Of a DNA stretch of 64,000 bases, positions 9,995 through 19,858 are shown piece by piece. Made by a program: the position numbers and the translations under genes. Source of the stretch: an uncultured Gemmatimonadales bacterium (GTDB lineage Bacteria > Gemmatimonadota > Gemmatimonadetes > Longimicrobiales > RSA9); the NCBI GenBank assembly GCA_963783305.1, contig CAWAMW010000007.1:64001-128000 (forward strand). The letters are read 5' to 3'. Within the stretch, counting starts at the first letter, position 1. Every line of letters starts with the position of its first letter. The notes beneath the pieces are model-generated. The model did no database searches, was not told where the DNA came from, and worked only from the letters and a program-made list of their open reading frames with translations.

Positions 9995-11620
9995 TCAGAG
10001 CGCGTTCAGCTCCCGCGTCATGGTGTCGGCGATCCCGTGCCAGTCGTACTCTTCCACCGCCGCGTTCCGGAGCGCGTCGGCCACATCGGCGTCGGCGTCG
10101 AGGGCGGCGTTCACGTTGGCGACGATGTCGGCGGCGGTGTTCTCGGCCTCGGGCGCGAGTCGCATGAGCCGGGCGAGGTCGTCGGGGAGGCGGGGTGCGA
10201 GGCTCTGGAGGGAGTGGTGCATGCCGGCGAAATCGGTGCCCATGGGCAGGCACCCGCACGCGGCCGACTCCGGCACGACCAGCGGCGACGCCTCGGGCAC
10301 CGCGGACGGGAACACCGCCACGTCCGCCAGCGGGAACACGTGAGCCAGGAGCGAGTGGTCGAGGTAGCCGGTGAAGATCACGCGGTCGGGGGTCAGGCGC
10401 TCGGCGGCGGAGGTGGCGTAGTCGTCGTACTCCCCGCTGTCGCGCAATCGCTGGAGGTACGCGGACGCCGAGGGACGCGCCCCCTCCTGCTTCCGCTCCC
10501 CGGCCCAGTCGATGATCCGCGCGGCCAGCTCCCCGTGCCCGCGGGACAGCGCCAGTACGAACGCCTCCATGTACTCCCTCAGCCACCCGGCGCCCACCAG
10601 CACCACGCGCGCGTCCGGGTGTCGCTCCAGGATCCTGGGCAGGGCGACTACGATGGCCGCAACCCCCTTCGCCGGGATCAGCCGACCCACGAACGTCAGC
10701 ACCCGGTCCCGCTCCCAGTCCACCGAGCGCAGCTTCTCCTCCAGCCCCGCGTCGGGGTGGCCGGTGTCGTAGTCGAGGGCCGGCTCCAGCGCCCGCTGGA
10801 ACGCCTCGTGGTCGAGATCGTCCTCGGCGGCGGACTCCACGGCCCGGGCCAGCGCCTCCGAGTGCCCCGGCCCGTGTCCACGCTCCACCCCGGTCAACGC
10901 CGACGCCAGCCGCTCCACGCTCTCCGCCCGCTCGCTCCGCGCCACCGGTCGGAACCGCTCCGTGTCCACGCCCACCCGCACGGTCACCGTCTTCGGCTCG
11001 AGGTCCAGGTCGGGGAAGTAGTCCTTGAGACGGTCACGGATTTCCTGGTTCAGCGCGAACACCGCGTCGGCTGACTCCACGGCGCGCCGGGCGATGGGCT
11101 GCATCCGTTCGTCGTGGCGGACAATGTACTCGAGCGCGCTCCCGTGCGGCATGACCGCGTACGCCAGCCCGTCCTCCTCCTGGAGCCGCCGGAGCGCTTC
11201 CGACAGCAGGATGGTGTGATTCACGTGCCACGCCCGAATCCCGGAATCCGCGGCGATCCGGCGCAGCGCCGCCACGTTTCGCCGGAGGTATTCCTCGAGC
11301 GGTGCCATGTCCAGGTCGAGAATCGACCGCACGTAATCGGATTCCCGGTCCGGCCGCACGTACGTGGGCAGCACGTTCAGCTCGGGCTTGTGCAGGATGC
11401 AGCGGCCCGGGTAGTCGACCTCACGCGAGAACCGTTGCTCCGGCTCGTCGTTCTCCCGGTGGATCCACAGCTCCGAGACAAAGTCGAACCGGTCAGGATA
11501 GGGCTCCTGGCACATCAGGTGCACGGTCTCGCCGTTGTCGCACAGCGCGGCGACCGTCTCGCGGGTCCATAGATTGCTTCCGGCCCCCGCGAGGCCGTAT
11601 CCGTGCACCATACCGATCAT
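9995..11620 (-). CDS. Glycosyltransferase family 4 (GT-B)
   Basis: HGYGLAGAGSN, GVDTERF, FVGRLIPAKG, FPSAVPEASPLVVPESAACG; start ATG 11620 with GGGAG RBS. Confidence 0.85.
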   Translation of the reverse strand: MIGMVHGYGLAGAGSNLWTRETVAALCDNGETVHLMCQEPYPDRFDFVSELWIHRENDEPEQRFSREVDYPGRCILHKPELNVLPTYVRPDRESDYVRSILDLDMAPLEEYLRRNVAALRRIAADSGIRAWHVNHTILLSEALRRLQEEDGLAYAVMPHGSALEYIVRHDERMQPIARRAVESADAVFALNQEIRDRLKDYFPDLDLEPKTVTVRVGVDTERFRPVARSERAESVERLASALTGVERGHGPGHSEALARAVESAAEDDLDHEAFQRALEPALDYDTGHPDAGLEEKLRSVDWERDRVLTFVGRLIPAKGVAAIVVALPRILERHPDARVVLVGAGWLREYMEAFVLALSRGHGELAARIIDWAGERKQEGARPSASAYLQRLRDSGEYDDYATSAAERLTPDRVIFTGYLDHSLLAHVFPLADVAVFPSAVPEASPLVVPESAACGCLPMGTDFAGMHHSLQSLAPRLPDDLARLMRLAPEAENTAADIVANVNAALDADADVADALRNAAVEEYDWHGIADTMTRELNAL

Positions 11621-11720
11621 AGGGTTCGTGCTCCCATCTGCGATGATGCGAGCCGCACCCGCCGCCCGCTGCACGGGGCTACCGTTCAGACACCGTGCCA
11701 CAGGAAGGAAACCGACGCTC

Positions 11721-12431
11721 GTGGATGCCATGATTCTCGCCGCAGGACTCGGAACCCGACTCCGACCCCTCACCCACGAGGTGCCCAAGGCCCTCGTCGA
11801 CATCGGCGGCGAGCCGGTGCTCGACAAGGTCGCACGCCGCGTCGTCGCCGCCGGCGCCGACCGGATCGTGGTGAACGTATCTCCCCACGCAGACCGGATC
11901 CGCGAGCACATCGACGCCAGCGACGGGTGGGGCGTCGAGGTTCTCGTATCCGAAGAGCCCGACGGCCCGCTCGAGACCGGCGGTGGCCTCCTCAAGGCCG
12001 CGGACTTCTTCCGCCGCGACCGCCCCATCCTCATCCACAATGCCGACATCCTCACCGACGTGGACCTCGAGGCGCTCTACGCGGCCCACGACGACGCCTC
12101 CCTCGCGACCATGGCGGTCCGCGACGCCGACAGCGACCGCTACCTCCTCTTCGATGCCGAGGGCCTGGTCGGCTACGCGTATGGCGGCGAGGAGCACCGG
12201 GCGCGGGAGCCCGTGGGCGAGGAGCACCGTCGCGACTACCTGGGCGTCCAGGTCATCTCGCCCCGACTCCTCGATCGCTTCGAGGAGGAGGGGAAGTTCT
12301 CCATCTTCACCCCCTACATGCGGCTCATCCGCGAAGGTGAGCGCGTGGCCGCCTTCGAGGCGGGCGACGTCCGCTGGTCCGATATCGGCACGCACGAACA
12401 GCTGGAGGCTGCGCGCGAGGAGTGGGGCTGA
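11721..12431 (+). CDS. Sugar-phosphate nucleotidyltransferase (MurU-like)
   Basis: AMILAAGLGTRLRPLT..PKAL, LETGGGL, HNADI, WSDIGT; GTG start. Confidence 0.85.
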   Translation: MDAMILAAGLGTRLRPLTHEVPKALVDIGGEPVLDKVARRVVAAGADRIVVNVSPHADRIREHIDASDGWGVEVLVSEEPDGPLETGGGLLKAADFFRRDRPILIHNADILTDVDLEALYAAHDDASLATMAVRDADSDRYLLFDAEGLVGYAYGGEEHRAREPVGEEHRRDYLGVQVISPRLLDRFEEEGKFSIFTPYMRLIREGERVAAFEAGDVRWSDIGTHEQLEAAREEWG

Positions 12432-13291
12432 TGGCCGAGAAGATCCTGGTAACGGGTGCCACCGGGAAGGTGGGGCGAGAGCTGGTGAGGCGGCTGCTGG
12501 ACGACGGCCTGGAGGTGAAGGCCGGCACGCGCAGCCCCGTCCTCGCGGCGGACCTCTTCGGCCCTGGGGCGGAGGTCGTGGAGCTGGATTACGACGTCAC
12601 GGCCACGTGGGACGAGGCGGTGCAATGGGCGGACCGGGTGTTCCTGGTGCCCCCGGCGTTCGACCCCCACGGCGATGACCGCCTGGTCCCGTTCCTGGAC
12701 TGGGCCGTGCAATCCGGGGCCCGTCACCTGGTGCTGCTCTCCGCCATGGGCATCGAGGCGCGCCAGCGCCTGGCCCTCCGACGCATCGAGCAGCGCGTGG
12801 AGCAGACGGGTGTGGACTGGACCTTCCTGCGCCCCAACATCTACATGCAGAACTTCGCCCGCGGCTTCGTGTCCCGGTCCATACGCGACAATGGCGTGAT
12901 CCGGCTCCCTGTGGGCGACGCGCCCGTCAGCTTCGTCGATGGCCGCGACGTGGCCGCTGTCGCGGCTCGAGTGCTGCAGGAGGACCACCACTTCGGCCGC
13001 GCCTACACGTTGACGGGGCCGGAATCGCTGGACCACGGCGAGGTGGCGCGCCTGATCTCCGAGGCCGCCGGCCGCGACGTACGCTACGAGCACGTTCCCT
13101 CCGACGAGACCCGCGACTTCCTCGCCAGCGCCGGCTGGCCGGCCGAGCAGGCGGAGACCTTCGCCAGCCTCATGGCCGCCATCCGCGAGGGCCGTCGCTC
13201 CGATGTGACCGGAGATGTCGAGCAGGTGACGGGCTCCACGCCCACTCCGTTCACCCGCTTCGCCCGGGAGCACGCCGACGCCTGGAGCTAG
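12431..13291 (+). CDS. NmrA-like/atypical SDR NAD(P)H-binding oxidoreductase
   Basis: ILVTGATGKVG, WTFLRPNIYMQN, VDGRDVA, LTGPES; TGATG coupling to the upstream gene. Confidence 0.88.
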   Translation: MAEKILVTGATGKVGRELVRRLLDDGLEVKAGTRSPVLAADLFGPGAEVVELDYDVTATWDEAVQWADRVFLVPPAFDPHGDDRLVPFLDWAVQSGARHLVLLSAMGIEARQRLALRRIEQRVEQTGVDWTFLRPNIYMQNFARGFVSRSIRDNGVIRLPVGDAPVSFVDGRDVAAVAARVLQEDHHFGRAYTLTGPESLDHGEVARLISEAAGRDVRYEHVPSDETRDFLASAGWPAEQAETFASLMAAIREGRRSDVTGDVEQVTGSTPTPFTRFAREHADAWS

Positions 13292-13421
13292 AGCTCACGG
13301 TCGGGCCCACCCCACATGTCTGGCGGACCGTCGGCGGTGAAAATTCCGACGCCCTGGCGGGCGAGTCCGCGGCGCTGCTCGCGGAGACGGTCGCCGTGGT
13401 CGAATAGCCGCACCGGCCAAA

Positions 13422-13558
13422 ACCGGCAACTGGTGCACCGTCCGCTGCGGAATTGGCAGTTCCGTCGCCCGCCCGACCCCTGACCGGCCCCCGGACTCGC
13501 GACCCGCGGCTGGCGACCGGGACTGGGGACCGGGACTGGCGACCGGTGCACCGTCCGC
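13422..13558. repeat. 24-bp imperfect direct repeat flanking three 13-mers
   Basis: 13422-13445 vs 13535-13558 match at 21/24; GACTGGSGACCGG-like x3 at 13508-13546. Confidence 0.7.
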
Positions 13559-13600
13559 AGTACAGTGCACCCTCACCACCCCCGCAACCACGGAGAATCG

Positions 13601-14371
13601 ATGGCCGACGAGATCGAATACCGCGTGATCGGCGATGACATGCAGCTGGTGGAAGTCGCCCTGGACCCCGGTGAGGCGGTGCGTGCCGAGGCCGGCGCCA
13701 TGCTCTACCTCACCGATGACGTCGAGATCCAGACGTCCACCGGTGGCGGGGTTTTCAAGGGTCTGAAGCGCGTATTCACCGGTGAGACCTTCTTCATTAC
13801 GTCCTTCATATACACCGGGACGGGCAAGGGCGTGGCCGCCTTCGCGGCGCCGTATCCGGGCAAGATCATCCCGCTCGACCTCACCCAGTACGGCGGCAGC
13901 ATGCTCGTGCAGCGCGATGGCTTCCTGGCCGCGGCCGCGGGCATTGAGATCGAGGTCGCCTTCACCAAGCGTCTGGGCGCCGGCCTCTTCGGCGGCGAGG
14001 GCTTCATTCTCCAGCGACTCGAGGGTGACGGCCTCGCGTTCGTGCACGCCGGCGGCACCGTAGTGCGGCGCGACCTGGAGGCGGGCGAGTCGCTGCGTGT
14101 GGATACCGGCTGCCTCGTGGCCTTCCAGGAGTCCGTGGATTACGACATCCAGTTCATCGGCGGGGTTCGGAACGCACTCTTCGGCGGCGAGGGGCTCTTC
14201 CTGGCCACCGTGAAGGGGCCCGGGACGGTGTTCCTCCAGAGCCTGCCGTTCTCGCGCCTCGCCGACCGCGTGATGCAGGCGGCGCGTTTCGAGCAGAAGG
14301 GGGAGAAGAAGGGTGTGGGTGGCCTCGGGGGTAACCTGCTCGGAGGTCTCCTGCAGGGAGATCGCAGCTAG
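13601..14371 (+). CDS. AIM24 / TIGR00266 family protein
   Basis: GDDMQLVEVALDPGEAVRAEAGAM, FAAPYPGKI, GGEGFILQRLEG, LQSLPFSRLA. Confidence 0.9.
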   Translation: MADEIEYRVIGDDMQLVEVALDPGEAVRAEAGAMLYLTDDVEIQTSTGGGVFKGLKRVFTGETFFITSFIYTGTGKGVAAFAAPYPGKIIPLDLTQYGGSMLVQRDGFLAAAAGIEIEVAFTKRLGAGLFGGEGFILQRLEGDGLAFVHAGGTVVRRDLEAGESLRVDTGCLVAFQESVDYDIQFIGGVRNALFGGEGLFLATVKGPGTVFLQSLPFSRLADRVMQAARFEQKGEKKGVGGLGGNLLGGLLQGDRS

Positions 14372-14452
14372 CAACCGGAGCACCGCCAGGGGATCGGATC
14401 TTGCGCCGCTGAACGCGCGTCGTCCGCCGTCCGAATTCGTCGAGGGAGAGCC

Positions 14453-15580
14453 GTGTCGGAATCCGATCGATCGCAGGATGCGGTGGGCTACGCAGTCGTG
14501 GGGCTGGGCTGGATCAGTCAGGCCGCCATGCTCCCGGCGTTCGCCAACGCCCGTGACACCTCGCGGCTGGTGGCCCTGGTCTCCGGCAGCGAGGAAAAGA
14601 GACGGGTCCTGGCAGACCGCTATGGTCTCGATCCGGAGCGTGACACGTATGGGTACGATGACCTGGAATCGTGCCTGGAGCGCGACGACGTGGACGCCGT
14701 CTACATTGCCGTCCCCAACCACCTGCACCGGGAGTTCACCGAGCGCGCCGCGGCCATGGGTGTGCACGTGCTCTGCGAGAAGCCCATGGCCCCGAGCGTC
14801 GAGGACTGCCGCGCCATGATCGACGCGTGCGAAACGGCGGGCGTCCGGCTCATGATCGCGTACAGGCTGCACCTGGAGCCCGCCAACCTCCACGTGGTGG
14901 AGCGCGTCATGCGCGGCGACCTCGGCGACCTGCGGGTGTTCACCGCCACGTTCGCGCTCCAGGTCGCCGACGACGATATCCGCCTCGTCCCGCCCGAGCA
15001 GGGCGGTGGCCCGCTCTACGACATCGGCGTCTACTGCATCAACGCCGCACGCTATTTCTTCCGGGCGGAGCCCGAGGCGGTGTGGGCCACGCCAGCGGCG
15101 CGCGAGCAGCCGCGGTTCCACGAGATCGAGGAAGCGGTGAGCTGCGTGATGCGGTTCCCGGGCGAGCGCCTGGCCACGTTCACCTGCAGCTTTGGCGCCC
15201 ACGATGTCTCGTTCCTGACACTCGTGGGCGACGAGGGCTCGCTTCGCATGGACAACGCCTTCACGTTCCAGGGCGATCGGACGATGGAGCAGGAGGGCGG
15301 TCAGGGGCCCGGGAGCCGCATGTTCCCGGAGTCCGACCAGTTCGGCCCTCAGCTCGCTTACTTCTCCGGCTGCATCCGCGAAGAGCGCACCCCGGAGCCG
15401 GACGGCGAGGAGGGGCTGGTGGACGTGCGCATCATACGCGCACTATACGAGTCCGTGGAGACGGGACGGCCGGTCGATCTCGATCTCGAGCGCGAGCACC
15501 GGCCGGTCCCGGACATGGCCGTGCGGTACCCGGCCCTGGAATCACCCGGGATGGTGGACGTGAGCAGCTCGTCCGCCTGA
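14453..15580 (+). CDS. Gfo/Idh/MocA family oxidoreductase (glucose-fructose oxidoreductase-like)
   Basis: GYAVVGLG, HVLCEKPMA, MIAYR, GGGPLYDIGVYC. Confidence 0.9.
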   Translation: MSESDRSQDAVGYAVVGLGWISQAAMLPAFANARDTSRLVALVSGSEEKRRVLADRYGLDPERDTYGYDDLESCLERDDVDAVYIAVPNHLHREFTERAAAMGVHVLCEKPMAPSVEDCRAMIDACETAGVRLMIAYRLHLEPANLHVVERVMRGDLGDLRVFTATFALQVADDDIRLVPPEQGGGPLYDIGVYCINAARYFFRAEPEAVWATPAAREQPRFHEIEEAVSCVMRFPGERLATFTCSFGAHDVSFLTLVGDEGSLRMDNAFTFQGDRTMEQEGGQGPGSRMFPESDQFGPQLAYFSGCIREERTPEPDGEEGLVDVRIIRALYESVETGRPVDLDLEREHRPVPDMAVRYPALESPGMVDVSSSSA

Positions 15581-15614
15581 CCATACCTGTACAACAACAG
15601 AAGAGGAGAAACAC

Positions 15615-16046
15615 ATGGCGATACGCAAGGCGAACGCGACCTGGAACGGCACCCTGAAGGATGGCGATGGCAAAATGCGACTGGGCGGTGGCGCCTACGA
15701 GGGCGCCTATTCCTTTCAGTCCCGCTTCGAGGAAGGGGAGGGCACGAACCCGGAGGAGCTCATCGCCGCGGCGCATGCCGGCTGCTTCTCCATGGCGTTC
15801 TCGGCCGAGCTCGGCAAGGCCGGCCACGACCCCAAGCGCGTCTCCACAGAGGCCCGCGTCAGCCTCGTCAAGGGGGACGAGGGCTTCTACATGAACCGCA
15901 TCACGCTGGTGACCGAGGCGGAGGTGCCCGGGATCTCCGAAGACGAGTTCCAGAAGATCGGCGAGGCCGCGAAGAAGGGCTGCCCCGTCTCCCGCGCCCT
16001 GGCCGGGGGGCCGGAGATCAAGCTGGAGGCGACCCTCCGCAGCTGA
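15615..16046 (+). CDS. osmC: OsmC family peroxiredoxin
   Basis: [19 protein letters not shown] and [21 protein letters not shown]. Confidence 0.93.
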   Translation: MAIRKANATWNGTLKDGDGKMRLGGGAYEGAYSFQSRFEEGEGTNPEELIAAAHAGCFSMAFSAELGKAGHDPKRVSTEARVSLVKGDEGFYMNRITLVTEAEVPGISEDEFQKIGEAAKKGCPVSRALAGGPEIKLEATLRS

Positions 16047-16115
16047 CCCGCGGGCGGCCGCTCCCTCTCGGGGGCTCGCTGGCCGCCATACGGCGGTCGC
16101 GTCGATCCGCGCGGT

Positions 16116-16238
16116 GAACCGGTCGGGGTGGAGCAGTCCGGCGAGGACCTCCACCCCGTCCACCACCCGCGGTCCCGACCGGTTTAAGTACGACGATCCA
16201 TCCACGATGAACGCCCGCCCGATTTCCACCGCGCGCGG
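16116..16238 (-). pseudogene. C-terminal remnant of a BtuF/iron-type ABC substrate-binding protein
   Basis: Minus strand reads PRAVEIGRAFIVDGSSYLNRSGPRVVDGVEVLAGLLHPDRF; rest of the gene is absent. Confidence 0.6.
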
Positions 16239-16295
16239 CGCCCCCTCGTACTGGCGCTCCACTTTCGGAATGGAACCTGCCGCGCTGGCGTCGCC

Positions 16296-17090
16296 ATGAG
16301 CCGATATCCGGATCGAAGGGACGAGAACAGGAGCGGCTGGGACGCGGTCTGGAACGCGATCTACACCCTGCTTCGGTTCATCGCGCGGCACGCTCGTGGC
16401 TTCTTCGGGGCGGTGTTCACCTACGTCTCGGTCAGCTTCATCGTGCTGGTTGGCGCCATCTGGGGCTTCGCCGAGATCTCGAGCGAGGTGCTGGCGGGGT
16501 CGACGCAAGCGCTGGATGAGTGGGTGCTGACCTATGTCGCCTCGCACCGATCGGATCTCCTGGATCACGTGGCGCTCGAGATCACTGCCCTCGGCAATTT
16601 CGCCACTCTGACCGTTCTCGTGCTCGTCGTGTCCGTCTTCCTCTGGGAAACGCGCCACCGGATCTCGGTAGCGCTGCTGTTCGCCGCCATGGCCGGCGGC
16701 GCCCTCCTCAATACGCTCCTCAAGGACATTTTCGATCGGCCGCGACCCACGGTGGTGGAGGCGAGCACCGAAGTCATGACGCAGTCGTTCCCCTCCGGTC
16801 ACGCCATGGGGGCGTTCATCGCATACGCGGGCGTCGCCTACCTGGCCGGCAGGCTCGGACCCACACGCACGCTCCGGGTCCTTACGTGGGCCTTCGCCGC
16901 CCTCCTCATCGTACTGGTGGGCGCAAGCCGCATCTACCTGGGCGTACACTACCCGAGCAATGTGCTCGCCGGCTACCTCGGTGGCCTCGCCTGGCTCGCG
17001 TTCGTCATGTCCGGCATCGCCGCCGCACGCTATTTCGCCCGACGCGAGCCGGCGGAGGCTGCCCGACACGAGCAGGACCTCGAGGCGTAG
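16296..17090 (+). CDS. PAP2 family membrane phosphatase
   Basis: KDIFDRPRP, SFPSGHA, SRIYLGVHYPSN. Confidence 0.92.
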   Translation: MSRYPDRRDENRSGWDAVWNAIYTLLRFIARHARGFFGAVFTYVSVSFIVLVGAIWGFAEISSEVLAGSTQALDEWVLTYVASHRSDLLDHVALEITALGNFATLTVLVLVVSVFLWETRHRISVALLFAAMAGGALLNTLLKDIFDRPRPTVVEASTEVMTQSFPSGHAMGAFIAYAGVAYLAGRLGPTRTLRVLTWAFAALLIVLVGASRIYLGVHYPSNVLAGYLGGLAWLAFVMSGIAAARYFARREPAEAARHEQDLEA

Positions 17091-17197
17091 ACGCCGAGAC
17101 TCGGACCCGGCGCAGAGCCGCGCGATCTCGCCTTGTTGTTCGGCGGCCGCCGTCGCAGATTCAGGCGACGATCGCCGTTTCTCCTGGAGGTTTCCAC

Positions 17198-19858
17198 GTG
17201 CGCCAGTTCCAGGGCACTGCCCTGATGCCGCGCGGCACCTTGCTGCTCGCGCTGCCAGCCCTCGCCATGACCCTCGCCTCGACCCTCGACCCAGCCCCAC
17301 TGGCCGCGCAGCAGAGTGCTGCGCTCACGGACCCCGGCGTTTCCCTCGATCTGGCTCGACACCGCGCCGCCACACTCTCTGACATCCGCTACGACGTCGC
17401 GTTCCGAATCCCCGCGGACCGGGACGCCGACGTGACTGGCACGGTCACCATTTCCTTCGATCGCGCCGGTGCCGACCCCCTGGTGCTCGATTTTGCGGAT
17501 CCTGCGAAGGTTCGAGAGGTTCGCGTGGGCAGCCGCGCCGTCGACCACGAGTCCATCCACGACCACCTCGTGATCCCGCCCGGCGACCTGCCGGCGGGGC
17601 GCGGCGCGGTGACCATCGACTTCGTGGCGGCCGACGCCCCGCTGAATCGGCGGGACGACTTCCTCTACACCCTCTTCGTACCGGACCGCGCCCACGAGGC
17701 GCTCCCGTCGTTCGACCAGCCGGACCTCAAGGGCCGGTTCCGCCTTCGGCTCACGGTTCCCGCGGAGTGGACAGCGGTGGCCAACGGAGCGGTGGAGGAG
17801 CAGGAGAGGCGTGGCGATGAGGTCGTCTATCGATTCACCGAGACGGAGCCGCTGCCGACCTACCTGTTCGCATTCGCAGCGGGTGAATTCGAGGTGGAGG
17901 AGGCCGAGCGGGACGGGCGCCGCCTCCGGCTGATTCACCGGGAGACCGATGGCGAAAAAGTGGCGCGAAACCGCGATGCCATCTTCGACCTCCACGCCAC
18001 CGCCCTTGCCTGGCTCGAGGACTACACCGCCATTCCATATCCGTTCGGAAAGTTCGATCTGGTGGCCATCCCGTCCTTCCAGTACAACGGCATGGAGCAC
18101 CCGGGCGCCATCCTGTATCGGGCGTCCACCCTCTTCCTCGATGAGAGCGCCACCCGCAACCAGGAACTGGGGCGCGCCAGCGTGATTGCGCACGAGACCG
18201 CCCACATGTGGTTCGGCGACCTCGTCACCATGCGCTGGTTCGATGACGTATGGATGAAGGAGGTGTTCGCCAACTTCATGGCGGCCAAGATCGTGAACCC
18301 CTCGTTCCCGGACCTCGACCACGAACTGCGCTTCCTCGTCGCCCACTATCCGTCCGCGTATGGAGTGGATCGCACCGCAGGCGCAAACCCGATCCGGCAG
18401 CCGCTCGAGAACCTCGACGATGCGGGTAGCCTCTACGGCGCCATCATCTATCAGAAGGCGCCCATCGTCATGCGACAGCTGGAGCGACTCACGGGGGAGG
18501 AGCCCTTTCGCGCCGCACTCCGCTCCTACCTCGACGCGCACCGTTTCGGTAACGCCGGCTGGCCCGCGCTCGTGGAGGAGCTGGACCGTGTGACCGACCT
18601 CGACGTAGGGGCCTGGAGCCGCGTCTGGATCGAGGAGGCGGGGCGGCCCGTCATCGACCTCGAGGTCCAGCGCGCCGACCCATCGCCGCGGATCGTCCTC
18701 CGGCCCCGCGACCCGGCGGGGCGGGGAAGGGTCTGGCCGCAGCGAAGCGTCGTCTCTACCCTCGGCCGCGATGCCGTCGAGCCTCCCCACGGCCTCGCCT
18801 CCACCGCCCCGCCCCTCCAACCGCGGCCGCTCTCGACCGAACCCGTGACCCTCGCCGCGGACACCGTCACGCTACCGGAACCGCCCGGGACCCATGTGGT
18901 CCTGCCGAACGCGGACGGCCTGGGATACGGGCTGTTCCGACTCGACCCGCGATCGCGTCATGGGCTGATCGACGGCCTCGAAGAGCTCCCGGAGCCCCTC
19001 GAGCGCGCCGTCGCGTGGCTGGACCTGTGGGAAATGATGCTGGAGGGGGAAGTGGCGCCCGCGGCGCTCATGGAGACGGGGCTCCGGGTCGTCGCTCGTG
19101 AGTCCGATGAGCTGGTGGCGCAGCAGGTCCTCGGGGATCTGACGGAGCTCTTCTGGCGCTACCTGGACCCCGGCGTTCAGCGCGCCCGTGCCGCCGAGCT
19201 CGACCGGCTGCTCTGGAACCGAATCGAGGCCGTCGAAGGGGCGTCGGCGAAAGCGGCGTATTTCAACGCGTGGCGGTCCACGGCCCTCACCCCGGCCGCC
19301 CTCCAGCGGATGCGCGAGGTGTGGAGCGGCGAGCGCGTCATGGACGGCCTCCCACTCTCCGAGCGCGACCGTACGGAGCTGGCCCTCCAGCTCGCTGTGC
19401 GCGATGTGGAGGGCGCCGAAGCGCTCCTCGATCGGCAGGAGTCCCAGATCGAGAACCCGGACCGGCGGGAGCGCTTCGCATTCATCCGCAGAGCCGCATC
19501 GCCGGACCCGGCCGTCCGCCGCGCCTTCTTCGAGTCGCTCTCCGACCCGGCGAACCGGGCGCGGGAGGAATGGGTGGTGAGCGCGCTATCGCTGCTCCAC
19601 CACCCGCTGCGCGCCGACCAGTCCCTCGAGTACCTTCGACCGGGATTGGACCTCCTCCTGGAGGTGAGGGCCACGGGCGACATCTTCTTCCCCACCCGCT
19701 GGCTCGCTGCCACACTCGCGGGGCACTCCTCCGCCGCGGCCGCGGCCGTCGTGCACGACTTCATCGACAGCCACCCGGACTACCCCCCGCGCCTCATGGG
19801 CAAGCTGCTCCAGGAAGCCGATCCGCTCTTCCGGTCCCAGACCCTGCGGCAGCCCTAG
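17198..19858 (+). CDS. Secreted M1 family aminopeptidase (PepN-like)
   Basis: GMEH, HETAHMWFGD..KE, IYQK; signal peptide; GTG 17198 after GGAGG (alternative ATG 17225). Confidence 0.9.
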   Translation: MRQFQGTALMPRGTLLLALPALAMTLASTLDPAPLAAQQSAALTDPGVSLDLARHRAATLSDIRYDVAFRIPADRDADVTGTVTISFDRAGADPLVLDFADPAKVREVRVGSRAVDHESIHDHLVIPPGDLPAGRGAVTIDFVAADAPLNRRDDFLYTLFVPDRAHEALPSFDQPDLKGRFRLRLTVPAEWTAVANGAVEEQERRGDEVVYRFTETEPLPTYLFAFAAGEFEVEEAERDGRRLRLIHRETDGEKVARNRDAIFDLHATALAWLEDYTAIPYPFGKFDLVAIPSFQYNGMEHPGAILYRASTLFLDESATRNQELGRASVIAHETAHMWFGDLVTMRWFDDVWMKEVFANFMAAKIVNPSFPDLDHELRFLVAHYPSAYGVDRTAGANPIRQPLENLDDAGSLYGAIIYQKAPIVMRQLERLTGEEPFRAALRSYLDAHRFGNAGWPALVEELDRVTDLDVGAWSRVWIEEAGRPVIDLEVQRADPSPRIVLRPRDPAGRGRVWPQRSVVSTLGRDAVEPPHGLASTAPPLQPRPLSTEPVTLAADTVTLPEPPGTHVVLPNADGLGYGLFRLDPRSRHGLIDGLEELPEPLERAVAWLDLWEMMLEGEVAPAALMETGLRVVARESDELVAQQVLGDLTELFWRYLDPGVQRARAAELDRLLWNRIEAVEGASAKAAYFNAWRSTALTPAALQRMREVWSGERVMDGLPLSERDRTELALQLAVRDVEGAEALLDRQESQIENPDRRERFAFIRRAASPDPAVRRAFFESLSDPANRAREEWVVSALSLLHHPLRADQSLEYLRPGLDLLLEVRATGDIFFPTRWLAATLAGHSSAAAAAVVHDFIDSHPDYPPRLMGKLLQEADPLFRSQTLRQP

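Noticed and set aside
16520..17197. Apparent N-terminal extension making a 1112-aa aminopeptidase
   Set aside because: Overlaps PAP2 in another frame; RBS and signal peptide point to a start at 17198 or 17225
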